A DNA stretch of 64,000 nucleotides from an uncultured Chloroflexia bacterium (GTDB taxonomy: Bacteria; Chloroflexota; Limnocylindria; Limnocylindrales; CSP1-4). Of the stretch, positions 11,981 to 23,353 are shown one piece after another; the first letter of the stretch is position 1, and each line of letters begins with the position of its first letter. The notes beneath the pieces were generated by a model. It was not told where the DNA came from and ran no database searches. It saw nothing but the letters and a program-made list of their open reading frames with translations. The stretch lies in NCBI GenBank assembly GCA_963749705.1, contig CAVVNQ010000015.1:96001-160000 (forward strand), in the 5' to 3' direction. Position numbers and translations under genes: made by a program.

Positions 11981-14900
11981 GTGGAGTTCAGGGTTCTCGG
12001 ACAGCTCGGGATCGTCGACGGTCATCGTCCGATCACACTTGGTTCGCACAAGCAGCGGTCGTTGCTCGCCCTCCTCCTCATCAACCACGGCTCCGTGCTG
12101 TCTGCGGATCGGCTCCTCGACGAGCTGTGGGGTGACGAGGCCTCGGATCGTCAGAACGCACTGTGGGTGCACGTCTCCAACCTGCGGACGGCGCTGGAGC
12201 CGGATCGGGAGGCCAGGTCGGAGGGGTCCATCGTTCGCACCCGAGCGCCCGGGTACATCCTCGACGTCGACGGGGAGCAGATCGACGCGGTTCGGTTCGA
12301 GCACCTGGTCGACGACGGGCGCGCACTGTTGGGCGAGGACCCGGAGGCGGCGTCGGCGACCCTGCGCGGCGCCCTGGAGCTGTGGCGGGGACGGGCCTAC
12401 GAGGAGCTCACCTACGAGGCGTTCGCCCAGGCAGAGATCAGCCGGCTCGACGAGCTGCGTCTCGAAGCCGTCGAGGCTCGTATCGAGGCGGATCTCGCAC
12501 GAGGGCGCGACCGCGAGCTGGTGTCGGAGCTCCAGAGCCTGACCAGGCAGCATCCGTTGCGGGAACGGTTCACCGCCCAGCTCATGCTCGCCCTGTATCG
12601 CGCTGGTCGCCAGTCCGAGGCGCTGCGCGCCTATCAGGAGCTGCGGTCGCGGCTGGGGAGAGAGCTCGGCATCGACCCTTCCCCCGAGGTCAAAGGATCT
12701 CGAGGGCAGGATCCTCACCGAGGATCCCTCGCTGCTGGGCGCGAGTCGCCGATCGGCGGTCGGGGTCGAGCCGGGGCTGGTCATCCGCGGCTACGAGATC
12801 CGGGAGCAGCTGCCGCTGGGCGGCGTGGGCACGGTGTACCGGGCGTTCCAGCCGGCCGTGGGACGGGAGGTGGCGATCAGGGTCATCCCGTCGGCGCTCG
12901 CCGACGATCCCGGATTCATCAGGCGCTTCGAGGGTGACGCCCGGCTCGTCGCCGCACTCGAGCACCCGCACGTCGTGCCGCTCTACGACTTCTGGCGCGA
13001 GCCCGGCGCCGCCTACCTCGTGACCCGGCTCACGCACGGCGGCACGCTGGCCGACGTCGTGGCCCGCAGCGCGCTGCCCGAGGCCGACGCCGCTGGGGTT
13101 CTCGGACAGGTGGCCGGCGCCCTGCGCGCCGCCCACGATGGTGGCGTCGTCCATGGCGCCATCGGGCCTGAGCAGGTGGCGCTCGATGCCGACGGCAACG
13201 CCTATCTGGCCGGTCTCGGGCTGCGGGCGGCGGCTACGGCCGCGCACGCGGTGGGGCCGACCACCGCCCCGGAGGTGATCGACGGATCGCCGCCGACGCC
13301 TGCTTCGGATGTGTATGCGCTGGGCGTGGTGGTCGCCCAATGCCTGACGGGCCTCACCGGGCGCATCGAGCAGGTCGAGGGCGCGTTGCCGCGCTCGGTG
13401 GCCGCGGTGGTCGCATCCGCAACCAACCCCGATCCTGCACGCCGACCGTCGGCCATCGACTTCGCTATGGCCTTCGCAACGGCCACCCAGCCGGGCGCCG
13501 CAACGGCGCCGTTGCCCGACGTCGAGGTGGAGAACCCGTACCGCGGCCTCGCCGCATTCGCCGCCGCGGATGCCGCCGTGTTCCTCGGCCGGCAACGAGT
13601 CGTCGACCGGCTGGTGGCTCGCCTCGGGCAACCGGGGGCGGCGGGGCAGATCATCGCCCTGGTTGGTCCCAGCGGGAGCGGGAAGTCGAGCGTGGTTCAG
13701 GCCGGGCTGCTGCCTGCCCTGGCGGACAACGCCCTCCCCGGCTCCGCACAGTGGTTCGTCACGTCGGCGGTGCCGGGGCGGCAACCGTTCGAGGCACTGG
13801 AGGCGGCATTGCTGCGGGTGGCGATCGATCCGCCGCCAACGCTCTACGAGCAGCTCTCGTCCGGGGAGAACGGGCTGCGCCGGGCGGTGCGCCGGGTCCT
13901 CCCCGATGACGGCTCGCAGCTGCTGCTCGTCGTCGATCAGTTCGAGGAGCTGTTCACGCTGACCGACCCGCAGGAGGCGGCGGCGTTCCTCGATGCCCTG
14001 GCCGGGGCCGTCGCCGACGCCCACAGCAGGGTGCGGGTCGTCGCCACGCTCCGTGCCGACTTCTACGACCGGCCGCTCCAACACCGGCGCTTCGGCGAGC
14101 TGCTGCGCGAGGGAACCGAGGTCATCACCCCGATGTCCCCGGAGGAGCTCGAGCAGGCCATCAGCGGTCCGGCGGAGCCGCTCGGCGTTCACTTCGCACC
14201 TGCCGTCGTCGCCGACATCGTGCACGAGGTCGAGGGCCGCCCAGGCGCCCTGCCGTTGCTCCAGTACGCCCTCACCGAGCTGTTCGAAGCGCGGGCCGGG
14301 TCGATCATCACCTCGGAGACCTATCGCCAGATCGGCGGCGTCACCGGTGCGCTGGCGTTGCGGGCCGAGGCGCTGTTCGCCGAATGCGACGAGCGCGAGC
14401 AGCTGGCCGCCCGGCAGGTGTTCCTCCGCCTCGTCACCCTCGGCGAGGGCGCCCTCGACACGAGGCGGCGGGTGCTGGTCTCCGAGCTCGACGACCTGCC
14501 GCTCCATCCGCTCGCGGTGCGGGCGGTGCTCGATCGGTTCTCCGCCCACCGGCTGCTCACCTTCGACCGGGACCCGGTGACGCGTGGACCGACGGTGGAG
14601 ATCTCCCACGAGGCGCTGCTGACCGAGTGGGACCGGCTGCAGGGATGGATCGACGGCGCCCGCGAGGACGTGCGCAACCAGCGCCGCCTCGCCGACGCCA
14701 TGGGGGAGTGGGCCGGCTCGGGACGACGCGACGACCTGTTGCTCTCCGGCGGCCGGCTCGCCCGCTTCACCGCCTGGGCGGCGGACGCCGATGTCCAGCT
14801 CGCCAGCGGGGAACGGGGATTCCTCGATGCCAGCATCGAGCTCGCCGAACGGGCCGAACGCCTCGAACTGGAGCGTGAGTCGCAACGGGTCGCCGCCCAG

Positions 14901-16706
14901 CGCCAGGCTCGGCAGCGGCTGCGGCTGACGGCGGTCGCCGGCGTGGCCGCGGTGATCGTCGGTGCGCTCGCCGTCGTCGCCTTCCTCCAGCGACAAGCCG
15001 CCCAGGGCTCAGAGCGCCAGGTCACCGCCACCCTGCGGGCGAACGATCTCGCCACGTCGTCACGACTCGTGCTCCGGGACGACGTGCGCCTCGCCCTGCG
15101 CCTGGCGATCGAGTCGGCCGGGGCCACCACCGAGTTCGGGGTGGTCACCCCGGAGGCGATGGATGCCCTCCACTGGGCGGTCCAGGAGGCCAACATCGTG
15201 TACCCGGCCGGCGACACGACGCCGGTCGCCGTCCGTCCCGGGCCGCGCAGCCTCACCGGCGTGTATGCACTGCCACCCAACGAGCTCATCGCGCTCGCCC
15301 AGTCGGGCCCGGTCGGGTCATACCTCGGCGATCAGTGCCCGACCTACCTCGGCACCGAGGAATGTCCGGACCCGCTGCGCAGCTTCCCGGCCGGGTTGTC
15401 GATCGCCGGCGGCGACGAAGCCTATGGGGTGGTGCAACCCAAACCGGGGACCCTCACCGGGGCGAAGGTGGAGCTCGTCTCCGACTTCACGGTGAGCAAC
15501 GAGGACCTGGCATCCGAGCTGAGGTCGCTCGAAGGCCTCACCGGCATCGTCGTGTCACACCGCGCCGCACCCGTGTGGGACGAGCTCAGCTCGCGAAAGG
15601 ACGCCAACGACCCGTTCCCCGATCTGATCATGGGGGGGTATCCCACGCAGCTCGCCGATTGGCGGTCCGACGGGCTGATCGACCTCTCGTCGTACCTTGA
15701 CATGAGCCGGATCCGGTCCGACTTCGGGGCGAACCAGGTGAAGCTGGGCTCCATCGACGGTGGCTACTACATGCTGCCCGTCGCCAGCGACATGAAGGGC
15801 ATGGTCTACTACCCCAAGGCCGCGTTCGAGGCGGCCGGCTACCGCGTCCCGCAGACGTGGGACGAGCTGCTGGCGCTGTCGCGGCAGATGGTCGCCGACG
15901 GGCGCACGCCGTGGTGCTTCGCCTGGGAGGACGGCGGGGGTTCGGGCTGGCCGGGCACCGATCTGCTGGAGACCCTCGTGCTCCGCGTGGGGGGGACCGA
16001 CGCCTACGACGCGTGGATCGCCCACACGATCCCGTTCGACGCCCCGGTCATCCGCCAGGCCGGCCAGATGGCATCGACCCTGCTCCTCAGCGACGGGTTC
16101 GTGCGCGGCGGAGCGGGGGCCATCAGCAGCACGCCCGTCTTCGACAGCCTCGCTCCACTCCTGGAGGACGAGCCCGGGTGCTGGATGGTGCTCCAGTCGA
16201 GCCTCATGCTGACGACCCGACCCGACGTCAACAGCGTGGCCGGCAGGAGCCTCGATTGGTTCCCGTTCCCGCCGATCGAGCGGGGCTCGGACGTCATGCC
16301 GCAGTACGGGGGCTCCAGCTACGTGCTGGCATTCAACGACCGTCCCGAGGTGCGTGCGTTCATCTCGCACGTCGCCTCGCCACAGTGGGGCCGGGTGTGG
16401 GCTGCGACGGCGACCACGTTCGTCTCGCTGAACGACCGCTTCGACGTCCGGCAGTACGGAGGGGCGGTCTCGGCGGCGCCGGCCGGGGTCCTCCGGTCGA
16501 TCGGCGAGGCCGCGCGGGAGGCGATCGCTGCCGGGGTGTGGCGCTACGACGCCTCCGACCTCATGCCGGGCGCGATCGGGCTGTACGACGACAACGGCAA
16601 CCCCGGTGCGTTCTTCACCGGCATGCTCGATGTCGTCGACGGCCGCAGGACGATGGACCAGATGCTCACCGACGTCGAGGCGAAGTGGCAGTCGCTCGGC
16701 GGGTGA
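11981..16706 (+). CDS. SARP(wHTH+BTAD)-pseudokinase-nSTAND NTPase-TM-extracellular solute-binding fusion (~1574 aa), frameshifted at ~12693
   Basis: BTAD motifs (ALELWRG, HPLRER, LMLALYRAGRQSEAL). An extra A in CAAAGGAT breaks the frame. Downstream: kinase-like fold, NPYRGL, GPSGSGKSS, VVDQFEELF, a TM helix, and a sugar-SBP domain (PQTWDELLALS, GWPGTD). Confidence 0.85.
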
Positions 16707-16807
16707 CCAGGCGACGAACCGGCCAGGGGCGACCGCACCCGGCTGAGCGGTTGACCACTGCAAGGGGCAAGGCACGCGCCGCTGGCCACATCCTCCATGC
16801 GACACCT

Positions 16808-16833
16808 ATGTGTCCACATCACTGTGCTAGTGT
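16808..16833 (+). promoter_or_regulatory. vapBC operator and extended -10
   Basis: Palindrome ATGTG-TC-CACAT; TGCTAGTGT 6 nt before the antitoxin ATG. Confidence 0.55.
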
Positions 16834-16839
16834 GTCCTC

Positions 16840-17100
16840 ATGGCTGACGTCGGGATCCGGGAGCTGAAGCAGCACCTGTCCGAGTACCTGGATCGGGCGG
16901 AACGGGGCGAGACCCTGCGCGTCACCGACCGGGGGCGACCGAAGGCGATGCTCGGACCGGTGCCGGGGCGTGGGCGTATCGAGGACGGGATCCGCACCGG
17001 CTGGATCACGCCCGGCTCCGGCGCGCCGCTCGGTCGGGTGCAGCGCTCGAAGGCGGCGAGTCGGGTGCTGGACGTGCTGGCCGAGGACCGCGGCGAGTGA
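16840..17100 (+). CDS. vapB: Phd/YefM-family antitoxin
   Basis: VGIRELKQHLSEYL..GE..VTDRGRP; overlaps the PIN toxin gene at GTGA. Confidence 0.88.
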   Translation: MADVGIRELKQHLSEYLDRAERGETLRVTDRGRPKAMLGPVPGRGRIEDGIRTGWITPGSGAPLGRVQRSKAASRVLDVLAEDRGE

Positions 17101-17501
17101 GCACCTACGTTGACTCGAGCGCCTTGCTCAAGCGCTACGTGGAGGAGGCCAATTCGGCCGCCGCGGACGCCCTGCTGCGAGCCGGAGGTGAGCTCCTGAC
17201 GGCCCGACACACGATCGTCGAGGTCCGCCGCAACCTCGCTCGCCTGCTGTCGGGCGGCCCGCTTGCCACGGCCAGACGCGCGTTTGCCGAAGACCTGCGT
17301 TCCTTCTCGATCATCGAGCTCGACGAGGCGACCTGCGAGTCGGCCGCCACGATCGCGGAGACCACCGGCGTCAGAACGCTCGATGCCCTCCATCTCGCAG
17401 CCGCGCAACGCGTCTCCGCACCCGGGGTCGGCTTCCTGACCTTCGATCTGCGCCAGGCGCAGGCAGCCCGCGGCCTTGGCCTGACGGTCGTGACTGCCTG
17501 A
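17097..17501 (+). CDS. vapC: VapC PIN-domain toxin
   Basis: YVDSSALLK, RTLDALHLAAA and TFDLRQ motifs. Confidence 0.9.
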   Translation: MSTYVDSSALLKRYVEEANSAAADALLRAGGELLTARHTIVEVRRNLARLLSGGPLATARRAFAEDLRSFSIIELDEATCESAATIAETTGVRTLDALHLAAAQRVSAPGVGFLTFDLRQAQAARGLGLTVVTA

Positions 17502-17630
17502 CCGAAGCAGGCGCCTGGACGGACGCGGAGAAGCCACCTCGCGCGGGTAGACCGCCGATCAGCAGGCGACTCCCTCGACTGTCACTGATCGAGGCGAGCC
17601 CAACTGCCTCCCGGATCTGGAGCAGACCGC

Positions 17631-18278
17631 TCAAGCCCCTGCGCGCGTGAAGGTCATATGGACAACGCCACCCGGCGAGGCCGTGGCCTCGACCGCGTAG
17701 TCGTCCTCGAGCTTCTCGAGATCGTCCCACAGGCGCACGCCCCGACCGAGGAGGATCGGCACCACGACCACGTGCAAGTGGTCAACAAGTCTCGCGGCGA
17801 GGAACTCGCGAATGGTGGTGGGGCCCCCGCCGATCCGGACGTCCTTGCCACCTGCCGCCGCACGTGCCGCCCTGAGTGCCTCTGCCGGTGTCGCGTCGAG
17901 GAAATGAAACGTCGTGCCGCCCTCCATCTCGATCGGCGGCCGTGAGTGGTGGGTCAGGACGAACACGGGGGTGTGGAACGGCGGGTTCGGACCCCACCAA
18001 CCCTTCCAATCGGGGTCGTCGTGCCATCCCGGATAGCCGTACTTGCCGGCCCCCATGATCTCGGCCCCCACACCGACGTCGTGCAGCCGCAGGAATGCGT
18101 CGTCGATGCCGCGGCTTCCGCCCGGCTCGCCGACCAGCTCGTGCCACCACCGTGTCCGGAACATCCACTCATGGAGCCGCTCGCCGGCATGCCCGAACGG
18201 GGCGTCGCGGCTCAGCCCCTCACCGGTGCCGAAGCCATCGAGCGAGATGGAGAAGAACTGGACCCGCGCGAGCGACAT
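17631..18278 (-). CDS. Dihydrofolate reductase/RibD C-terminal family protein
   Basis: ISLDGF, PPFHTPVFVLTH, IGGG and PILLGRG motifs. Confidence 0.88.
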   Translation of the reverse strand: MSLARVQFFSISLDGFGTGEGLSRDAPFGHAGERLHEWMFRTRWWHELVGEPGGSRGIDDAFLRLHDVGVGAEIMGAGKYGYPGWHDDPDWKGWWGPNPPFHTPVFVLTHHSRPPIEMEGGTTFHFLDATPAEALRAARAAAGGKDVRIGGGPTTIREFLAARLVDHLHVVVVPILLGRGVRLWDDLEKLEDDYAVEATASPGGVVHMTFTRAGA

Positions 18279-18344
18279 GACGCGTGCTCCTTGCTTCGGG
18301 TAGCCGTCGGGTGGCGTGGGATGACGCTATACTGAGTGAGCGTC

Positions 18345-18364
18345 CATACTTATACTGGAGTATG
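18345..18364. promoter_or_regulatory. Putative TetR operator overlapping the -10
   Basis: CATACT-N8-AGTATG inverted repeat containing TATACT, between divergent genes. Confidence 0.55.
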
Positions 18365-18964
18365 AACTTGTCAAGCAGCCCGGGTCGCCGCGAGCGGAAG
18401 AAGCGCGAGACGCGGCAACGCATCCTTGACCGCGCGGTTGCCCTGTTCGCGGCCCAGGGCTACGACGCCACGACGATGGACGAGATCGCGGCGTCGGCGG
18501 ACTTCGCGCGGGCCACCGTGTTCAACTTCTTCCCCCGCAAGTCGGACCTGGTCCTCGCCTGGTTCGAGGACCGCCGCGCCGAGCTGGCAAGCCGTATCGC
18601 CGCAGGCACGGCGGATGCGACCCAGACCTCGACGCAGCTGGCATTCGCGCTCCGGGTGATCGCGCAGATGTTCGAGCATGATCCCCGAACCGGGCGCGCG
18701 ATGGCCCGAGCGTGGCTCCAGGCCGGCGGCGCGCTCCTGGCCCCGGAATCCGACACGTCACGGATGTTCGCGGACATGATCCGGGCAGGCCAGGAGCGGG
18801 GTGATGTCGACCCCCGGATCGACGCCGACCGAGCCGGACTCGTGCTGTTCGACGCGTACCTCGGCGTGCTCTACCGCTGGGCATCGCGCGAGGAGGGGAT
18901 GGCCGGACTCGGTTCCGACCTGGATGCCACGCTTGATGTCCTCATGACCGGCATCTCGAGGTAG
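18362..18964 (+). CDS. TetR/AcrR family regulator
   Basis: RRERKKRETR..GYDATTMDEIA..ARATVFNFFPRK HTH. Confidence 0.92.
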   Translation: MNLSSSPGRRERKKRETRQRILDRAVALFAAQGYDATTMDEIAASADFARATVFNFFPRKSDLVLAWFEDRRAELASRIAAGTADATQTSTQLAFALRVIAQMFEHDPRTGRAMARAWLQAGGALLAPESDTSRMFADMIRAGQERGDVDPRIDADRAGLVLFDAYLGVLYRWASREEGMAGLGSDLDATLDVLMTGISR

Positions 18965-19104
18965 GCGGCGATCCGCCGGCCACGCTCCCGTTCCCGCGAG
19001 AGCTTGCGCCACCGTCGGGGCTCTGCTTCATGACCCTGGGTACGGAAGGGTGCTGCGCCCGCGGCGATGCCGGTGCTCGCCGCGCCGTCGTTGGCGTTCC
19101 CTGC

Positions 19105-20407
19105 TCAGGCGGCTCCCAACCGGGCACCCATCTCGACACCGGCGCCGGCATCCTGCGGGATGCGGAGCCCCATCCCGGCCGCGAGATGCGGGCCGTCGAG
19201 GGTCGGCCCGATCAGGGTGGCGGACGCCTGGCTGTGCTGCCACAGCAGCCCGATGAAGTAGAGACCCGGGATCTCGCTCACCCCGCGCCGGTTGCGCGGG
19301 ATCCCCTGGGCATCGACGGATCGGCGCATCGATCCATGAATGGTCCATCCGGTACCCGGTGGCCCACACGATGGACGTGACGCCCGCCGCCTTGAGGTCA
19401 AGCTGCGTGTGCTCCGGCGGGTCATACGGTTCGTGATCGACCGTGCCGGGCGGCGCATCGATGCCCGCCCGGGCGATGTACGTGTCGATCGGCGGCCGCA
19501 CGATCTCGTCAAAGAACGCCTCGGAGCGGCGCAGCCGGGCGCCGAGATCGGCCGCGATCGACAGGCGATGCCCGGCAACCGCCTCGAGGTGACCGAGGAG
19601 GGTGAGCCCATCGCGCGCAGCCATCCGGCGCAGGTTGACGTCCCGCCCGCCGTGGTGGCCGGACAGCTGGGGCGTTCCCATCAGGCGCCGGCGCGGATCG
19701 GGGAGGGTGTCCGCCTTGGGCGTGACGACCCCGTGGGCCTCACCGTCGACCTCGAGGGCGGCGAGCCACCCGAAGATGTCGCGACCGCGATAGCGGCGCG
19801 GAGCCCACCCGTTGCTGCCGACGGCGAGGTAGACCCGTCGCCCGGCCGCCAGCAGCTCGTCGGCCAGCTGGACGCCGGTCTGGCCGGACCCGACCACGAG
19901 CACGGCACCGGGCGGCAGGGCGCTCGCGTTGCGATAGGCATGCGAGTGGACCTGGTGGATGTCCCCCGGAACGCGCGTCGCGAGTTCGGGGACGCGGGGG
20001 AGGTGGAAGCTGCCGGTGGCCACCACCACGGCCTGCGCCTCCATCATCCCCGCGCTGGTCTCGAGTCGGAAGCCGCCGTCCCCGGGCGTCAGGCGCTCGA
20101 CCGCGGTCCCGGTCATCACCGGCGCGCGGACCTGCTCCGCGTAGCGCGCCACCCGGGCCACGATCTCGTCCCGCGGCATGTACCCGTCAGGATCCGTGCC
20201 GTCGTAGGGCTGGCCCGGAAGCGATGCAATCCAGTTTGGCGTGACCAGCCGGAACGAATCCCAGCGGTCCTGCCAGCCGCCGCCGAGGGTCGTGCGGCGT
20301 TCGAGCACGAGGTGGTCTGTTCCGGCAAGGGTGAGGAGCCGGCTCATCGCAAGGCCGGCCTGGCCGGCGCCCACGACGACCACCGGCATCCGGCGTGTGT
20401 CGTTCAT
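19105..20407 (-). CDS. Flavin-containing monooxygenase-like NAD(P)/FAD oxidoreductase, frameshifted at ~19318
   Basis: VVGAGQAG, HSHAYRN, VVGSGQTG and WATGY motifs. The C-terminus (PGLYFIGL..SATLIG) is in an alternate frame ending at 19105. Confidence 0.85.
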
Positions 20408-20494
20408 GGGCCGCACCCTACGTGTCGCTCACCGGCAGGGGAAGTCTCGATCTCGAACTCGTGCCGGCCTCGCCAGGGGTGGGAAAATCGGTCC

Positions 20495-21163
20495 ATGGGC
20501 GACTACTGCTCGTTCTCCAAGGCCGTCGAGCAGCTCGGGGATCGCTGGAGCCTGGTGATCGTCCGGGAGCTGCTGATGCACGGGTCGCGCACCTACAGCG
20601 ACCTCCTCGCCGGGGCATCCGGGATCAGCCGCTCGGTGCTCGCGGCACGGCTTCGCAAGCTGCGTGACCTGGGCCTCGTGGAGCGCGTCCGACCGGCAGG
20701 CGACGACCACGCGCCCGAGCATTACGAGATCACGTATGCCGGGCGGGAGCTGCTGCCGGTCCTCGAGGCGCTCCGCGGCTGGTCGGAACGGTTCGTGCCC
20801 GAGGATCCCGCGATGGCCGAGCGGGACCCGGACATCGTCGTGCGCTGGCTGGGCGAGCGCGTGAACCCCAGCCGGCTCCCGCCCCGCCCGGTGGTGCTGG
20901 ACATCGCGCTCGACGGCGCCCGGCGACCCCGGTTCTGGCTCGTGCTCGAGCGCGGCACGGGCTCGTCGGTGTGCATCGAGGATCCCCGCATCGACGAGGA
21001 CCGCTACGTGTTTCTCGAGACATCGGTCGGCGCGCTGATGCCCCTCGCTCGCGGGGCGGGCGACTGGCGGCGGGCGATCGAGGGTGATGCGATCGAGGTG
21101 TTCGGCAACCCGCGGCTGGTCAGCCAGCTGCCGAGCTGGTTCGGCGGGTTGCCCGCCGCGTAG
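20495..21163 (+). CDS. HxlR-family regulator with C-terminal SCP2-like domain
   Basis: YCSFSKAVEQLGDRWSLVIVRELL and GISRSVLAARLRKL; divergent from the oxidoreductase. Confidence 0.88.
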   Translation: MGDYCSFSKAVEQLGDRWSLVIVRELLMHGSRTYSDLLAGASGISRSVLAARLRKLRDLGLVERVRPAGDDHAPEHYEITYAGRELLPVLEALRGWSERFVPEDPAMAERDPDIVVRWLGERVNPSRLPPRPVVLDIALDGARRPRFWLVLERGTGSSVCIEDPRIDEDRYVFLETSVGALMPLARGAGDWRRAIEGDAIEVFGNPRLVSQLPSWFGGLPAA

Positions 21164-21269
21164 CGCGACCGCGGCGGCGGGGGCAGGAACGACATCCGCC
21201 GCCCATGGCCGTCGAGTACACTCGAACCAAGGGCCGAGGGGGCCGCGATCAGACCGCTCGAGGGGCAGC

Positions 21270-22208
21270 TTGACCACGAATCCTGTCGATGTCCGCCCGG
21301 TCATCGAGGTCACCGACCTACGCAAGCGCTACGGCGACGTGCAGGCTGTCGACGGCATCACCTTTGAGGTCCAACGGGGCGAGATCTTCGGGCTGCTCGG
21401 ACCCAACGGCGCCGGCAAGACGACCACGGTCGAGATCCTCGAGGGGCTCCGCAAGCCGGACTCCGGCCGCGTGGACGTGCTGGGCATCGACGCGGCGCAC
21501 CAGCCGGCCGGGATCAAGGAGCGGATCGGCGTCCAGCTCCAGACCGCCGCGCTCTACCCCTACCTCACGGTCGCGGAGCTGCTCGACCTGTTCCGGACCT
21601 TCTTCATCCGCAGCCGGTCGACCGAATGGCTGCTCGATGCCGTCGACCTCGGGGAACGCCGGAATGCGCAGACGCGCCACCTGTCGGGCGGCCAGCGCCA
21701 GCGGCTGTCGGTCGCCCTCGCGCTGGTCAACGAGCCGGAGCTCGTGTTCCTCGACGAGCCCACGACCGGCATGGACCCGCAGGCGCGGCGGTCGCTGTGG
21801 GACCTCGTCCTGAAGCTTCGTGACGACGGCTGCTCGGTGCTGCTGACGACGCACTACATGGAGGAGGCAGCCCAGCTGTGTGACCGGGTGGCGATCATGG
21901 ACCACGGCCACATCCTGGAGCTGGGCACCGTCTCGGAGCTGGTGAGCCGGCGGTTCCGCGAGCGTGCCGTCCATTTCGACACGGTGCCAGAGCTCGAGCT
22001 CGAGCGGCTCGGTGCGTTGCCCGCCGTCACGCGCGCGATGGTCGAGGACGGCGAGACCGTCCTGTACACGGGGGACGTCGCCGTCACGATCGGAGCCCTG
22101 ATCGAGCTGACCGAATCGCTGGGGCGCGAGCCGGGCAACCTCGGGATCCGGCGTGCCACGCTCGAGGACGTGTTCCTCGACCTGACCGGCCGCGCGCTGC
22201 GGGAGTGA
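21270..22208 (+). CDS. ABC-2 exporter ATP-binding protein
   Basis: GPNGAGKTT, LSGGQ, LDEPTTG and TLEDVFLDLTG motifs. Confidence 0.92.
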   Translation: MTTNPVDVRPVIEVTDLRKRYGDVQAVDGITFEVQRGEIFGLLGPNGAGKTTTVEILEGLRKPDSGRVDVLGIDAAHQPAGIKERIGVQLQTAALYPYLTVAELLDLFRTFFIRSRSTEWLLDAVDLGERRNAQTRHLSGGQRQRLSVALALVNEPELVFLDEPTTGMDPQARRSLWDLVLKLRDDGCSVLLTTHYMEEAAQLCDRVAIMDHGHILELGTVSELVSRRFRERAVHFDTVPELELERLGALPAVTRAMVEDGETVLYTGDVAVTIGALIELTESLGREPGNLGIRRATLEDVFLDLTGRALRE

Positions 22209-22209
22209 C

Positions 22210-23322
22210 GTGATGCATGCCCTCACGACGTTGACGGTCGCCAACATCCGCAGCTTCATCCGGGATCGGAACGCGCTGTTCTGGACGATCGCCTTCCCGG
22301 TGATCTTCATCCTGCTGTTCGGCGCCATCTTCTCGGGCAACGGCGGCACGACCTACAAGGTCGGCTGGGTCGACGAGGACGGCACGCCGGCGGCGGGCCA
22401 GCTCCGTCAGGTGTTCGCGCAGGTGTCGCTGCTCGAGCTCGAGGATGGCTCCCTCGCCGGCTCCCGCGACGCGATGCAGAAGGGCGACCTGCGCGGGATC
22501 GTCGTCGTCCCGGCCGGCTACGGCGATGCGATCGCGGCGGCTCAGTCGGGGGGGACGGGAGCCGGTGGCCCGACGGTCAGCCTGGAGGTGTACACGGACC
22601 CCAGCCAGCAGACCAGCAGCGGCACGATCAGCCAGGTCGTGTCGCAGGTCGTGTCGTCGCTCAACGTGGCGATGACCGGGCGATCGCCGATCCTGGGCGT
22701 GACCACCCATTCGATCCAGACCCAGGACCTCACCAACGCCGCGTTCCTGGTCCCGGGCATCCTGGGGATGGCGTTGATGCAGCTCGGCATCTTTGGCGCG
22801 GTGCCGCTGGTCGCCCAGCGCGAGAAGCTGATCCTCAAGCGGCTCGGCGCGACGCCGCTGCCGCGCTGGACGCTGGTGGGCAGCAACGTCGTCCTGCGGC
22901 TGCTGATCGGGCTGGTCCAGGCGGCGCTGATCGTCGGGATCGGGATCGCGGCGTTCGGCGTCCAGGTCCTGGGTGCGCTGTGGCTGATGGCCGCCATCGT
23001 CATCCTGGGCGCAATGTCGTTCATCGCCATCGGGTACCTCGTGGCCGCCTTCGTGCGCACCGAGGAGGCGGCCAACGGGGTCGTCCAGGTGATCCAGTTC
23101 CCGATGATGTTCCTGTCGGGGGTGTTCTTCCCGATCGAGATCATGCCCAGCTTCCTGCGCCCGGTCGCGGCGTTCCTGCCCCTGACCTACCTGGGTGACG
23201 CGCTCCGCCAGGTGATGGTGAGCGGCACGGCCTTTGCGCCGCTGCCGGTGGACCTTGCCGTCCTCGGTGGCTGGCTCGTGGTGTGCCTCGCGATCTCGGC
23301 CCGCTTCTTCCGCTGGGAATAG
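22210..23322 (+). CDS. ABC-2 exporter permease
   Basis: FWTIAFP and PMMFLSGVFFP; N-terminal TM, extracellular loop, then further TMs. Confidence 0.9.
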   Translation: MMHALTTLTVANIRSFIRDRNALFWTIAFPVIFILLFGAIFSGNGGTTYKVGWVDEDGTPAAGQLRQVFAQVSLLELEDGSLAGSRDAMQKGDLRGIVVVPAGYGDAIAAAQSGGTGAGGPTVSLEVYTDPSQQTSSGTISQVVSQVVSSLNVAMTGRSPILGVTTHSIQTQDLTNAAFLVPGILGMALMQLGIFGAVPLVAQREKLILKRLGATPLPRWTLVGSNVVLRLLIGLVQAALIVGIGIAAFGVQVLGALWLMAAIVILGAMSFIAIGYLVAAFVRTEEAANGVVQVIQFPMMFLSGVFFPIEIMPSFLRPVAAFLPLTYLGDALRQVMVSGTAFAPLPVDLAVLGGWLVVCLAISARFFRWE

Positions 23323-23353
23323 CGCCCGAGACGTTCGAGGCGGCCGCGGCTGC

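Noticed and set aside
12685-12700. Programmed frameshift in the SARP-STAND gene
   Set aside because: No slippery heptamer, and it shows the same insertion pattern as the other probable errors.
11981-17501. STAND plus vapBC as an Avs-like anti-phage system
   Set aside because: The STAND protein has a transcription-activator N-terminus and an SBP sensor, and vapBC has its own promoter and operator.
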